A stretch of DNA of 63,905 nucleotides, the filler included, from Chiloscyllium plagiosum (taxonomy: Eukaryota), in the NCBI RefSeq assembly GCF_004010195.1. It is 3 parts of one record of this genome, joined end to end, with 100 filler letters (N's around TTAATTAATTAA, not from the genome) between each part and the next. Parts side by side here need not be neighbours in the genome. Positions count along the whole stretch, not along the records: positions 1 to 31,366 come from NC_057714.1; 2 more parts are not named here. One strand, written 5' to 3'. The notes under the pieces were generated by a model, which saw only the letters and a program-made list of their open reading frames with translations, searched no databases and was not told where the DNA came from. Each line of letters opens with the position of its first letter. Positions within the stretch are counted from its first letter, which is position 1. Below, in pieces: positions 1 through 12,285 of the stretch. The position numbers and the translations under genes were made by a program.

Positions 1-451
1 TTCAGCCTCCACACGTAACTTCCCACTACTATCCTTGACTGGACCTATTCCTACCCTAGTCATTCTTTTATTCCTGACATTTGCTATCCTCCAGTCTTCT
101 GACACTATTCCTGTAGACAATGAGGACATAAAAATCAAGGCCAATGGCTCTGCAATCTCCTCCCTTGCTTCCCAGAGAATCCTAGGATAAATGCCATCAG
201 GCCCAGGGGACTTATCTATTTTCACCCTTTCCAGAATTTCCAACACCTCTTCTCTACATACCTCAAAGCCATCCATTCTACTTAATTGTGACTCAGTATT
301 CACATTGACAACAATGTCCTGTTCCTGAGTGAATACTGACGAAAAGTATTCATTCAGTGTCTCCCCAATCTCTTCAGCCTCCACACGCAACTTCCCACTA
401 CTATCCTTGACTGGACCTATTCCTACCCTAGTCATTCTTTTATTCCTGACA
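1..451 (-). mobile_element. CR1 LINE ORF2 fragment, tandemly duplicated
   Basis: Minus strand reads ...DKSPGPDGIYPRILWEAREEIAEPL..., similar to the element at 40078. Bases 1-79 are repeated at 373-451. Confidence 0.85.
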
Positions 452-459
452 ATGCAGCA

Positions 460-908
460 TAAGTTCCGGAATGGCAGGACTATCACATATTGAAAGATTG
501 GAGTGACTAGGCTTGTATACACTGAAGTTTAGAAGGATGAGAGGGGATCTGATTGAGACGTATAAGATTAATAAAGGATTGGACCCTCTGGAGGCAGGAA
601 GCATGTTTCCGCCGCTGGGTGAGTCCAGAACCAGAGGACACAGTTTTAAAAATAAGGGGTAGGCCATTTAGAACAGAGTTGAGGAGAAACGTCTTCACCC
701 AGAGAGTGGTGGGTGTATGGAATGCTCTGCCCCAGAAGGCAGTGGAGGCCAAGTCTCTGGATACTTTCAAGCTCTTAAAGATAGTGGAATCAAGGGGATA
801 AGGCAGGAACAGGATACTGATTGTGGATGGTCAGCCATGATCATAATGAATGGTGGCTCGAAGGGCCGAATGGCCAACTCCTACACCTATTGTCTATTGT
901 CTATTGTC
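460..908 (+). mobile_element. CR1 LINE 3' end with (CTATTGT)n tail
   Basis: GRPFRTELRRNVFTQRVVGVWNALP C-terminal motif followed by a 3' UTR and a tandem-repeat tail. Confidence 0.9.
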
Positions 909-1049
909 AAATTCCATAAATGATATTTGAGTTCTAAACATTACACACAGTTTATCTCACTGAGTACTAATGAAGTACCAGCAAAAGTGGAAAGGAGCTC
1001 TTAATTGGTTAATTAAGAGGCTGGGTTGGGCTCCAGACAGGCCAGGAGA

Positions 1050-1170
1050 TAGTGAGGACTGCAGAGAAGCCAGAGTCAATAAAATGTGGTGCTGGAAAAA
1101 GCACAGCAGGTCACGCAGCATCTGAGAAGCAAGAGAGTCAATATTTCGGGCGTAACCCTTCGTCAGGACA
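1050..1170 (-). mobile_element. Penelope-like terminal repeat fragment with hammerhead-like core
   Basis: Similar to the arms at 39430 and 59772. Minus strand reads CTGACGA-A-GGGT-TAC-GCCC-GAAA-TATT. Confidence 0.75.
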
Positions 1171-2399
1171 AGCCATCTATAACTTTCTCACCACTAGCAA
1201 GATTTTGTGGTGACAAGACACCCGTTGTATTACTTTGCCAGGAGAGTCACAAATCTGAAGCACTGAAGATAAAAAGATCTTAACAGTAAGCCAGGTGTAT
1301 AGTTTTGGCATTCTTTGCCACAGATGGCAATGGGGGGGTGGGATATTTGAATATTTTTAAGTGGAGATAGATTCTTGTTAGGCAAGGACCTCAAAGACTT
1401 TTGGGTGTTATGGATCATTGTGACTGGTAGAACAGGCTTGAGAAGCTGAATTGCCTACTCCTGCTCCTAATTCATAGGCTGAAATGAAAATTCCACCCCT
1501 CCATGTCTTTCTGAATTCAATTTAATTTTATTTTTTACCTGTTATTCTGAGTGGTATCTATGTCCTATTTAACCTCATCGAAGAAAATCAACTTTAAATA
1601 TGTTCTCTTTCTCTCGTTCAGTACATTCAATACTAGGTAGTAGATAACAGTGTCAAGCTCCAGAGTTACTATGGCACAGGCCTTTTTGCTGCAGCACTTT
1701 CATCCTCTCAGATTTGACCCGATTAAAATTAGGGCCATGAATTATTATAGATTTGGCAGGATCCAATTTTCTTCATTCAAGTAGTTTAAATCTCCAACTG
1801 GACAAGTTACCTTGGCTTCAGCTTTGGCAGCCCAATCATGATCCTGAATGATACAGGGCACTTTAACAACAACATACATTTCTGAGAGTTAGCTTACTGC
1901 TGAAATTACAATAAAACTCAGTTCATCTAAAAACCAATCACAGCTACGTCAGTAAACCTGAGTACAGCTAATCAAAGTGTGCCAAAAATTTGATACTCAG
2001 TTTCTTTATAATACTGGTGGATTAAAACTGTGATCATGTCTGGACAATTATAAGACTTCTTCTTTATCATTTCCACACTTGCTTTTTTCATACTTCATGC
2101 ATCACTGCATCAACATTTTAATGTGTTTCCATTCCTTTTTATCACCTGACCTTATTTCAGGTTGAAGCACACTGTTCACAAGTTGGCTAGGAGCGGATCA
2201 GCAGCCTGCTTTATAATTTTCCATTCGGGCTGGATAAAATATAAATACTTAGATTTATGTCGCACCTTTCACTACCTCAGAATATTCCAAGCACTTTCAA
2301 ATGTTGTAACATAGGAAACCTAACAACTCAATCTCAAAATCCCTAAAGTGCTGCGGAGCATTAGTAGCAGCTAAACTGTATTCAAACACAATCTGTAAC

Positions 2400-3900
2400 C
2401 TCACAGCCTGGCATATCCCTCACTCAATCATTACCATCAAGCCAAGGGACCAAGCTGGTTCAATGAAGAGTACAGGAGGGCCTGCCAGGGCCAGCACCAG
2501 GTATATCTAAAAAGGATGTGTCAGCTATAACACAGGACTATTCGCATGTGAAGGAGTATAAGCAGTATGTGTAAGCAATCCACAACTAATTGATCAGATC
2601 TAAACTCTGGTCATGGCACTCAAGTCATCATTAATGGTGGATAATTGACCATTTCACTACAGGAAGGGGCTTAATAAATATCCCCATTCTCAATAATGGG
2701 GGAGCCCAACGATTTTGTGTAAAATACAAGTCTGAAGTATTAGTAGCAATCTTCAGCTAAAGTGAGATTGCACAATTTTATCCTCACCTCCTCCTGAGGT
2801 CCCCAGCTTCACGAATGGCATCTACCAGCCAATTCAGTTCACTCCACATGTCATCAAGAAATGGTTGAAAGCACAGGATACTGCAAAGAATTTGGGCCCT
2901 GACAACGTTCAACAATATTACTGAAGATGTGTGCTCCAGAACTAACTGTACCCCAAGCAAAGCTGTTCCAGTAGATTTAGAAAACTGATTTATACACAAC
3001 AATGTAGAAAATTGCAGACATATCCTATAGAGGAAAGGCAGGGCAAATCCAAACCAGAACAATTATTGACCAATCAGTCTACTCATGATCATCAGGAATG
3101 ACGGAAAGTGACATCAATAATGGATTTGCTGCATTAATAACCTGCACATTGACACTCAATTTGGGTTGGTGTGAAAAAGGCAACATCTTCATCATACAGC
3201 TGTCCTTCAATGTCCAGCATCTCTTGACATTCAATAGCATTATTATAACTAAATTGTAATTGTTAACATTCTATGTGCTATCATTGACCAGACACTGAAC
3301 AGGACCAACCGTATAATAATCTGGCTGCAATAGGCAAGAAATTCTGTGGTGAATAACTCACCTCCAGACTTCTCAAAGCCTGTGCACCATCTACAAGGCA
3401 CAAATCAGGAGTGTGATGGAATGGCCTCCACTTTCCTATATATTTGAAGCTCCAAAACCACTTGAAGACTTGACTTTATCAGGACAGAGCAGCCTGCTTG
3501 ATTGGCACCTCATCTTCCGCCTTCAAAATTCACCTTTCTTTACTGTTGTGCATTGGCAGCTGTGTGTACCATAAAAAGATGCATTGCCACAACTCAATAG
3601 GAATCCTTACTTAGCAACTTCCACACTCTCAAACCCTACCACTGAGAGGGACAAGAGTAGTATGGAAACACTAGCACCTGGAAATTCCCTTCCAAACCAC
3701 ACATCATCATGACTTCGAAAATATCATACATTCCTTCACTATTACTGAACTCCCTTCATAACAGCACTTAGGATATACTTACACCACAAGGACTGCAGTC
3801 GTTCAAGAAGGCAGCTCACCACTCCCTTCTCCAGGACAATTTGGAATGCACAATAAATTCTGCACTAGCCAACAGCACCCACATCCCTTTAATGACTAAA
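2400..3900 (+). mobile_element. Decayed LINE (CR1/L2-group RT and 3' end), apparently inserted into a minus-strand Deu-SINE relic (~2245-2330 and ~3905-3995)
   Basis: Degenerate GPDN...LKMCAPEL RT segment. Its 3' end 'gaaggcagctcaccac...caataaat' is shared with copies at ~35460 and ~39090. Confidence 0.7.
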
Positions 3901-4099
3901 AGAAGTTACAGCCAATTACCATACAGTAAATTCCCAGTGATAGTAGTATGAGAATGAATATGAGGAACAAATACTGGCCAGGAGAACAGGCAGCCAATCC
4001 ACTTCCCCATTTTGCACCAAGTTTGAATTTTACTGCTACCTCCTAAGATCCCAGGTTCAATAGCAAGTGACGAAATTAACAAGCACTAGGGAAATGAAC

Positions 4100-4600
4100 A
4101 CAATTGAGGAAAGTCCTAAAGGATCCTTCTAAAATAAGCCTCTTGATTGGCTAACCTTCTAACCTGTTAGAAGAACTAACAGGAGATCAACAAGCAAAGT
4201 AAACAAATGGCATTTGTATGGATTTTCACAAACATTTAAAAATGCATTATATAATAAATTTATGGCAAATATATTGGAACACAGGATGAAAGGTAGTATG
4301 GCCACAGCAGAAAGAGGCTGTTATACCATAACAAACAATGGGAAATGTATCTGAATGAAAGAATGTTGTAAGTGGTAATCATCAGGGACCTGTGTTATGC
4401 CAGCTTCTTAACAATATGTACAACTCATCATTGGTCTGCTCTTTAGAATTGGAGTAACAATTTCAAATTTTGCTGACAGCATCACATTGTGATGCAGATT
4501 GAAAAAGCCAGCAGGAGGATATAGATAGATCAGCAAGATGGACAGATAGTTAGCATATCCAATTGCTAGAGAAATGGGAATTAAGACAGTATAGCTCATT
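4100..4600 (+). mobile_element. Highly decayed CR1 RT fragment
   Basis: Remnants of YMDF and ISNFAD motifs. Confidence 0.55.
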
Positions 4601-5603
4601 TTATGGTTATGTTATTGGATCAGTATTCAAAAGACCTGAACTAACGACAACATCAGATCAAAATCCAACCAAGCATTCTTAAATAATGGTGGAATAAAAC
4701 TGTTAAGTTAGATTTTAAGCTCCTCTACCAACTAATTTGAATCAGCATGTAAAATCCTGGTGGCCTTTCCCCCATCGACTCACCAGCTCCTGACCTGTCT
4801 GAAATTTTAAAGAGCTTGTGGAGGTGTCAAGTTGGTCTGCCCGGTCTTATATCTAATGAGTCACTTAACAGATCAATTAATGGTTACTTAAAGGCCTCGC
4901 ATCATCCATATCTCTAATTTAGCTGCTGCAGGGCAGGCCAGTGTGATAAAGGAAACCAGGCAGCTTTAGTTGCCAAGGATTGGGTTGGGAAGGTTGGAGT
5001 TGGGGAGGCTTGCTGTCTTAACATCCAAGACAGATTGGAGGTACCTCGTAAAGCATGTATGGCCATCCTCCCCTATAATGTTCCCCACACTGTCTGGTAT
5101 GAGATTTCCAACACCGCTCCATCCTCCACCCTATCAGATGTAGCTTTTAGTTATTTTTGTTGTACACAAAGGTGGACAGGATGAAAAGGTAAATGAATTC
5201 ATCAACAGATTTCTGCTATATTATGAATGTGTTATGAGCCCACCTTATCATAATACTGGACAAGTCAGATCGCAGAATGAAATCCGCCTTAATATACCAT
5301 ATATTTAATTTTTGCAGTTAGTTAATGTAATAGTTAGTCAAAGAAACATTTACTCAAGACTGCACATATTCTTGAATAACAGAAAATAGGTTTGTTACAC
5401 ATAAGAAAAATAAACAAATATTTGTACAGAAGACAGAAGAATCTTAACATAAACATAAAACAACCTAAATTTCGACTTATTCCCAATGCTATCCTTTTAT
5501 AGATACTCAATTGCAAAGACATATCATTTCTATCCCAGCATTTTAAATCTTTACTGAAATAACTCTTCCAAATTTCTTCCCCTTGGATAACATAATAAAA
5601 TAA

Positions 5604-5765
5604 ATAGCTGCAGATGCTGAAGATCTGAAATAAAAAAGGAAAAGGCTGGAAAAGCTCAGCAGGTGTGGCAGAATGTGTGAAAAGAAAGCAAAGTTAACAT
5701 CTGAGTGTAGTGCTCCTTCTGCAGAACTCACTGGGTTTGTCCAGAAATTTCTGCTTTTTGTTTCT
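5604..5765. mobile_element. Degenerate PLE-terminus-derived repeat, partly palindromic
   Basis: ctgcagatgctgaagatctgaaa...gctggaaaagctcagcagg, followed by a short inverted remnant. Confidence 0.6.
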
Positions 5766-6290
5766 TTCCTTAAGACACAAGAACATTTTTGATATGATTT
5801 ATTTCTATGTCTGCTGGCATGAACCTTTTACAAAGTTGTCTAAACTTGCACAATTCTAACAACATGACTTTTATTCAAGCTCTCTGGTTTGGAAGCTCCA
5901 TAGACTATACACCACTTATGCTGAAGTGACAAGTTCCCCTGAACAGAAACTGAAACCTCTTCTCTGATGTTGAAATAAAACTAATGCTTTGATTTTTTTT
6001 CCCCCTCGACCTGCCATAAACTCAGCAGTATAAACAATTCCTCCAATAACACTTCAGGTGTCTGCTAGACAGCCAACTGAAGTTACACTTCATTAGGTAC
6101 AGTGCAGGAGCTAAGACCAAAAAGGTCAGAATGAGGGTATGATGGGGAGAATCAATGGTAGGTGTGCCAAAGCTCAGGGTCAGGTTAGTAGACTGAATGG
6201 AAGTGGGAACCCAATACTGTATGCAGTTTCTCATTGGAGCGTTGACTGTGTCATCTATTATTTTCACATTCATCTTTTATTTTGTCCTAG

Positions 6291-6370
6291 GAAATCTGTC
6301 TCATTCCAGAGGAAAAGGTGCAACTGTCCCTCGAGTTCGAACTCCTCAGCATGCTACCAACCACTCAAAG
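6291..6370 (+). CDS. MYO3A: Myosin IIIA internal exon, loop 2 N-terminal part: (G)NLSHSRGKGATVPRVRTPQHATNHSK
   Basis: Pyrimidine tract and ctag acceptor; AAG|gtacac donor. 80 nt, phase 1 to 0. Starts with GNL as in the class III myosin 'PLTKTGNL' segment and joins in frame to the 23991 exon. Confidence 0.85.
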
Positions 6371-8311
6371 GTACACCAGAGGCTTTGAGTATTCTCTGTA
6401 ATTCTGAGCTGTGCTTTTGACTACAATGTGTTCCATATCATCTAATTTCTGCGCAATAATGAATTAACTGTAATGGACCAGGTTTGGCAGACTGAGGCCA
6501 GAGGTGGTGGTGATGGAAATTATGAAGTTAGCTAAATCGGCAGGAAGGGAACAAACTGGGGAATGCCGACAGAATCAATACACAGACATACAGACCAAAC
6601 CTGGAGGCTGAGAATTAAGCCATAAAATATTAGTTCTGAAGAGGTTAATGTTCATTTTATATTGGTACCACCAATATTCTACTGATGTCACAGTAGGTAG
6701 AGACACAGAGCTCTGGTCTACCTTTCAGACAGAGCAGATGTATCTGTACCAGTTCCTCAAAGTCCTAGTAATTATGCCTGACCAAATGTAGTTAGATTTA
6801 TTGCTACAATGTAGTAAACCTTCTTGTTATTTAAGAACAGTTGCCTCTTTTGTTTGAGGTTATGTATTCTCCACAGCTAAGCCTAGTTAGGCCTGAGACA
6901 AAGCAAAGATAAAGAAAAACTGTTGGCAGTGAACTACCTCAAACAACACTGAGCCAGCACCACATAATGGTAGAGGTGATAAAAATCAGAAGGTACCAGG
7001 AGTGGCCATTTAGGGAAAATATCACATGAACAAATCTCCAAGGGCTCTGAGAGAAAGTTGCAAGGGGCTTTTGTACCATTTCAAACCTCAAATTGATCGG
7101 TAAGTCATGACCTCTCTGTAACTCACAATAATTTCATACAAAGATGATTTTTAAGCCAAAAGTGGCAAATTAATCTTTTTACATAAAAATGTTGCTACAA
7201 CAAAGCAGTTTAGACTGCTTCAGCTTAGCATTGGTATTGCTTATTAACACCGTATTTGCATAACTAAATAGGACATAATTCCTCCTGTATTTCATCTCAC
7301 AAATGGTATGACAGGATTTTGATGAATTTGTTTTAGTTCAGGAACTATATTAATCTTTGTCAGAGGTCATACTTTAAATTTAATGGCATCATTGCAGCCT
7401 ATATCATGACCAATATTATCATTACAATTACATCTGTGGAGTGTCATTCTTAATAAGACATTCAGAATAAGTAAAATTAGTTACATATTGCTGACTTATT
7501 CAACAATCACTGTGGATGAGATGTAATGAAACAGCCTTTTAAGTTTTAGGCATTACTGAGGGCCATTACTGGGTTGTGATTATGATGTTTTAAGGCCAGT
7601 ACACACTGCATTTAAATCTTCAATCATGGTAATTTAAACAAAATTGTTTAAAAAAGAATTTCTTGGCCCCAGTGCCTTGAAATGTATTTTATGTTAATGG
7701 AGACCTTAAACATTAATTGTTTGCATCTTGGTAGATCAATATTTCTTAAAGGTGGTCAAGCCTAATCTGCAGAGCCTTTAGTTAGAAAAAAAATCAATGA
7801 TGGCTCAGTTTTGTGTCTTATTCCTTGAAGGAACTCAATTATTTTGTTTTTTTGCCCAGTATTAATCAGCCTACAGGAGATGTTGGCAGATAGCATGAGG
7901 TCTGTCTATAGAGCTGACAGAATTGCAGCATCTGTAAAGCTGCATCTTATAAAGGCCGTTAAAAGTCAGGCTTAAGTCAGGCTATTATAAGGTAAGCTGC
8001 TGGAAATCTGTTATGCTATGCCAAGCAATATTGTGACTGTGTCATTTTCATCAAGTGTCATGGAGGGTTTCTCTCCGCAAGGCCTGGCAAATTTTGTCAA
8101 GCAAATATCCCAAACTCACCTCATTCATTACCTACTACACACTTTCTTGTCTGAGACTAGCCTGATTCTTCAACAAGCTGGATGTACCCACCATCACTAG
8201 GATATCACTGGATCCCTGGCACCAATGCCATCGTTAAAAGGTTGTTCTGTGCTTGATCAAGCATAGCCAATGTGGAGGTGCACTGCCCAGTTCATGACAT
8301 TTGCCCCCATC

Positions 8312-8830
8312 ATGGCAGATAACAGGAAGTCGGTACGCTGCTTTGAGGTTGAGGATCTGGTGATCCTGGTGGATAGGTAGCTACCCTCTTCCCCCAGGAC
8401 TGCCAGAGGATTCCGAAGCATCGGACCCTGCCCACTTAGTCCAAGTTTGTCATGCGGATCAGTGCGGTCTAAAGCATCTGGAGAAACAAGCAGCAATACC
8501 ATAGGAAGATATTGGACCTTCGCTGCTCCACCAGGGTAAGAGCCAACATCTTCTCTCTACTACCTCATACGCAGTATCGAAGGCAATGCACCGACTTCTA
8601 ACTATTGCCTGCAAAATCATCTGTCACTTGTTCTCACCCAACACCTCACACTATTAACTCTGTATGGCCTCTGTGCTGCCTATTCAGTCACAGCTCACCA
8701 CCTTTCCCCCTCATTAACAGGTGTGCCACCCACTTTCATGTCACTCAAACCCTCCCTTTCTCTGTTTCCAAGAGAAAACAGCCAGCTAAGACAGGTGATG
8801 CAGGCCCCATATTTGGCTCCTCAGGCTCTA
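8312..8830 (+). pseudogene. Decayed Myb/SANT-like gene of a PIF/Harbinger transposon
   Basis: MADNRKSVRCFEVEDLVILVDR/TLFPQD...ISAV*SIWRNKQQYHRKILDL with stops and a frameshift, then AGG|gtaaga and a downstream 'EK...KTG' remnant. Confidence 0.55.
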
Positions 8831-9146
8831 CAAAGAAAGGATACTGAACATGATGCCCTAAGTGGCTGACTGACTATGCCAAGCCTCTGGACCAAAAATG
8901 GTGCTGCTCTTGACTAACTGTGCCAGGATTTCCTGACTGAAAACTGTCTCCGTTGACTTGACTGAGGACTCCAAGGCGTATCTACTTGCAGCATACGGAG
9001 TGTGTCTGGCACATACACAACTGGCAGATGGTGCAGGTGTGAGATTAATGTCACCCAGTGCCATACAGCAACATGCCCACCCTTTTGACTAATGGCTGCT
9101 GACCTGCTTGCCTGGCTTTGTCTATGCTAAATTGAAAGCAAAGACA

Positions 9147-9270
9147 GAAGACCATAAGACATAGGAGCGGAAGTAAGGCCATTCGGCCCATCGAGTCCAC
9201 TCCGCCATTCAATCATGGCTGATGGGCATTTCAACTCCACTTACCCGCATTCTCCCCGTAGCCCTTAATT
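9147..9270 (-). mobile_element. Short CR1 3' terminal fragment
   Basis: cataagacataggagcggaagtaaggccattcggccc is the reverse complement of a CR1 3' UTR and tail; CpGs are retained. Confidence 0.8.
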
Positions 9271-10364
9271 CTTAATGCTGTGAGCCTTTAAAGTAAAGTT
9301 GAGGGGATGAAGCTCTAAAATCTAAGGCAAGGTCGAGATGCTGTATGCATCCAGGTAAGCACAAAATGAGCGGGTGCTAAGAGAGCAAGTGAGGATCCTG
9401 AAATGTAGCATGGTTGAGTTCATTAGCCAGGTGCCTGTGCCTACTGCAGCATTAGAATGAAAAGTTTCAGTGTACACCAAAGTGCATCATTAAAGTAGAG
9501 TGCAGTAAGTGGATCAGGGATGTACCATGATGATGCCGAGAGGCTGCCATGTCGGATGCCAGAAGCTGCAGACATTATGTGTTTGCAGCTGCTGCCCATG
9601 GACCGTGACCTGAGGTGTTGGTGCTCTGTGTCCAAGATGGAGGTCTGGAGAAGCAGGCAATGAGCTGCACAGACCAAGTACCCACTCGGACTATCATGTC
9701 AGGAAGTTTGAGCCTGTAGTTTCAATCCAGTGGGTGGCAGAATGCAAGACTGCATATTAATGAGGCAAGATTAATCAATTCGGAACTGAGCGATAATTCC
9801 TGTTAACAGGCCTCTGGAAGTTCACTTGCGGGAATCTTGGCTCAATCTCTGGAACTTGGTTGGATAATGTGATATATTGGTCTTGCCATTGAGAAAGGCC
9901 TCCCATTCTCCAAAATTGTTCATCATAGCCAATATCATTTAGGGCCTTGGAAGATTCCTTTCAAAGTCTTTCTGATTACTGAAAATCTGTCAGCTCAGCC
10001 ATGAAAAAAGTAAATGTGAACAAATTCCTTTCAGCTAACTGCAGAACTAAGACTCTCCAATCAAACACCAATTGAAATTGTCCAACTTAACAGCCACAGA
10101 TTTTCATAATCAGTTTATCACGGACAAGCCAAAGGCTGATTCAAATATGCTTTTTTAACTTAAATCTTTTTGGCAATCATCTTTCATTTCAAATCTGTGC
10201 TTATGTATATCTTTATCATATTTTATTATCTTTCCCATTTCAGAGATAATTAACTCACTCTTTCTTTAACTCATAGCCTAATTAAAATGGCCCCTTTTAT
10301 ATCGTAAATATATTTTGGACTAGGGAAAGATAACCATAGGATCCCAAAGATCCTTTTTAAATTA

Positions 10365-10780
10365 ACCCAAACTGGGCATCACTGAGCAGGTTATTGCTGA
10401 TCAATTGCTGAGCTAGACAGCAGGTAACACATTCCATCATGTTCCTGATGATCAAGAGTAGACTGATGGAGTAGTAATTGGTTGGGTTGGATTTGTCCAG
10501 CTTTTTGTGCACAAGACATTGTTGGTAGTTGCCAGAGTTGTAACTGTACTGGAATAGCTAGGCTGGGGCAGTGGCAAATTCTGAAGCACAAATCTTCAGT
10601 ACTTTTGCCAGAATGTTGTCAGGGCCCATAGCCTTTGCAGTACCCAGTGTCTCCAGCCATTTTCTGATATCACGTGGGATGAGTCGACTTGGCTGAAGAC
10701 TGGTATCTGTAGTGCTGGGAACCACTGGAGGAGGCTGAGATGAATCATCCACTTTGCACTTCTGGGTGGAGATTGCTGGA
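10365..10780 (-). mobile_element. LINE RT fragment, same family as 2400-3900
   Basis: DIRKWLETLGTAKAMGPDNILAKVLKICASE on the minus strand. Confidence 0.8.
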
Positions 10781-11749
10781 TGTATTTTTCTTTTCTATAT
10801 AATTAGTGTCATGCATACTACTTTATCAAGGTTCTTTGTCAATCATGTTTCTCAAGATCCTTCTTTCCTCTGAGTTTATCCTGTGGCATGAGGAATTCAT
10901 CTCTGCACTTTTAGGGCATAATCACTTAACTGAAATGTTCTTCAACTGAACTATACAATTTAAAGGGTATCCAAATGACAAAGTACGTCATAACACCATT
11001 CCAATTAGATTTTCTTGCATTGAAAATATTCAATAAAATCATTCTCCTAATTAAATTATATTTAAGATTTACTGCAGAATTTATTTGGTGAATTTGACAG
11101 AATATATAAAGTGATTTCCATACCCCTTAATATTCTCAACTAATAAAGAATTCAGTTACAGAAAATGTTGGAAATGCAGAGCAGGTCTGGCAGCATCTGT
11201 TAAGAGAGAAATAAACCTAAGGGACCAAATGGTACAAGGGGAATCAGATCAGAATCTCCATCTGGTTCATCTTGCCTACACCAGCTCTTCAAACACAACA
11301 TTTCCAGGTTACCATCTCCTGCTTTTTCCAGATAACCTTACACACTTATTTCTATCCAAATAATCATCCAATCTCTCTTGAATACCTCAATTGAACCAGG
11401 CAGTGCATTCCATATCCTAAACCCTCGCTTTCTCACTACACTATTGTTAGTTATGCACATCACTTCGTATCAGTGCTCTCTCATTCTTGTTCTTTCTGTG
11501 AGCCGGAACAACTTTTCACCATCTACTCTATCCAGCCCACTCATTCGAAAAAAAGCAGGTCTTGAGCTCACATTTATCAGCAGCAGATCATGCCCAGCAA
11601 TTTTGCTTCGCTCTCCACAAGTGCTGCCTGATCCAGGATTTTCCAGTATTTTCAGTCTTCAGATTTGCTATGTCGCAGTAGGTTGCTTTCATAAGAATCT
11701 GTTTAGCACAGTCCTGTAAATCTCAATTGTCCCAGCTTCTACCGAACCT

Positions 11750-12285
11750 TAAAACTATAAGATATAGGAGTAGAATATGGCTATTCCGTCCTCTGAGTCT
11801 GCTGTGCCATTCGATCATGGCTGATATGTTTCTCAACCGCATCCGCCTGCCTTTCCCTGTAACCCTTGATCTTCTTACTAATCAAGAGCCTTTATATCTC
11901 TGTCTTAAATACATTCAATTAGTTATCCTATTAGCCTTCTGTGGCATTAGATTGCACAGGTTTATCACCCTCTGGCTGAAGAAATTCCTCTTCATCTCAG
12001 TTCTAAAAGGTTGCCCCTTCACCTGAGACTCTGCCTTCGGCGACTAGTCTCTCCTACTAATGGAAACATCTTCTCCACGTCCACTCTATCCAGGCATCTC
12101 AGTATTCTGTAAGTTTCGATCAGATGCCCCCTTACACTTCTAAACCCCATCGAATAGAGACTCAGAGAACATAACTGCTCCTTCACTCCCAGATCATTCT
12201 TGCAAACCTCCTCTGGACCCCTTCCAAAGCCAACATGTCTTTCCTTAGATTAAGGGCCCAAAACTGCTCACAATATTCCATCTGT
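11750..12285 (-). mobile_element. CR1 3' fragment
   Basis: Similar to 39830-40077 and 41695-41780; reverse-complement CR1 3' UTR and tail. Confidence 0.85.
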
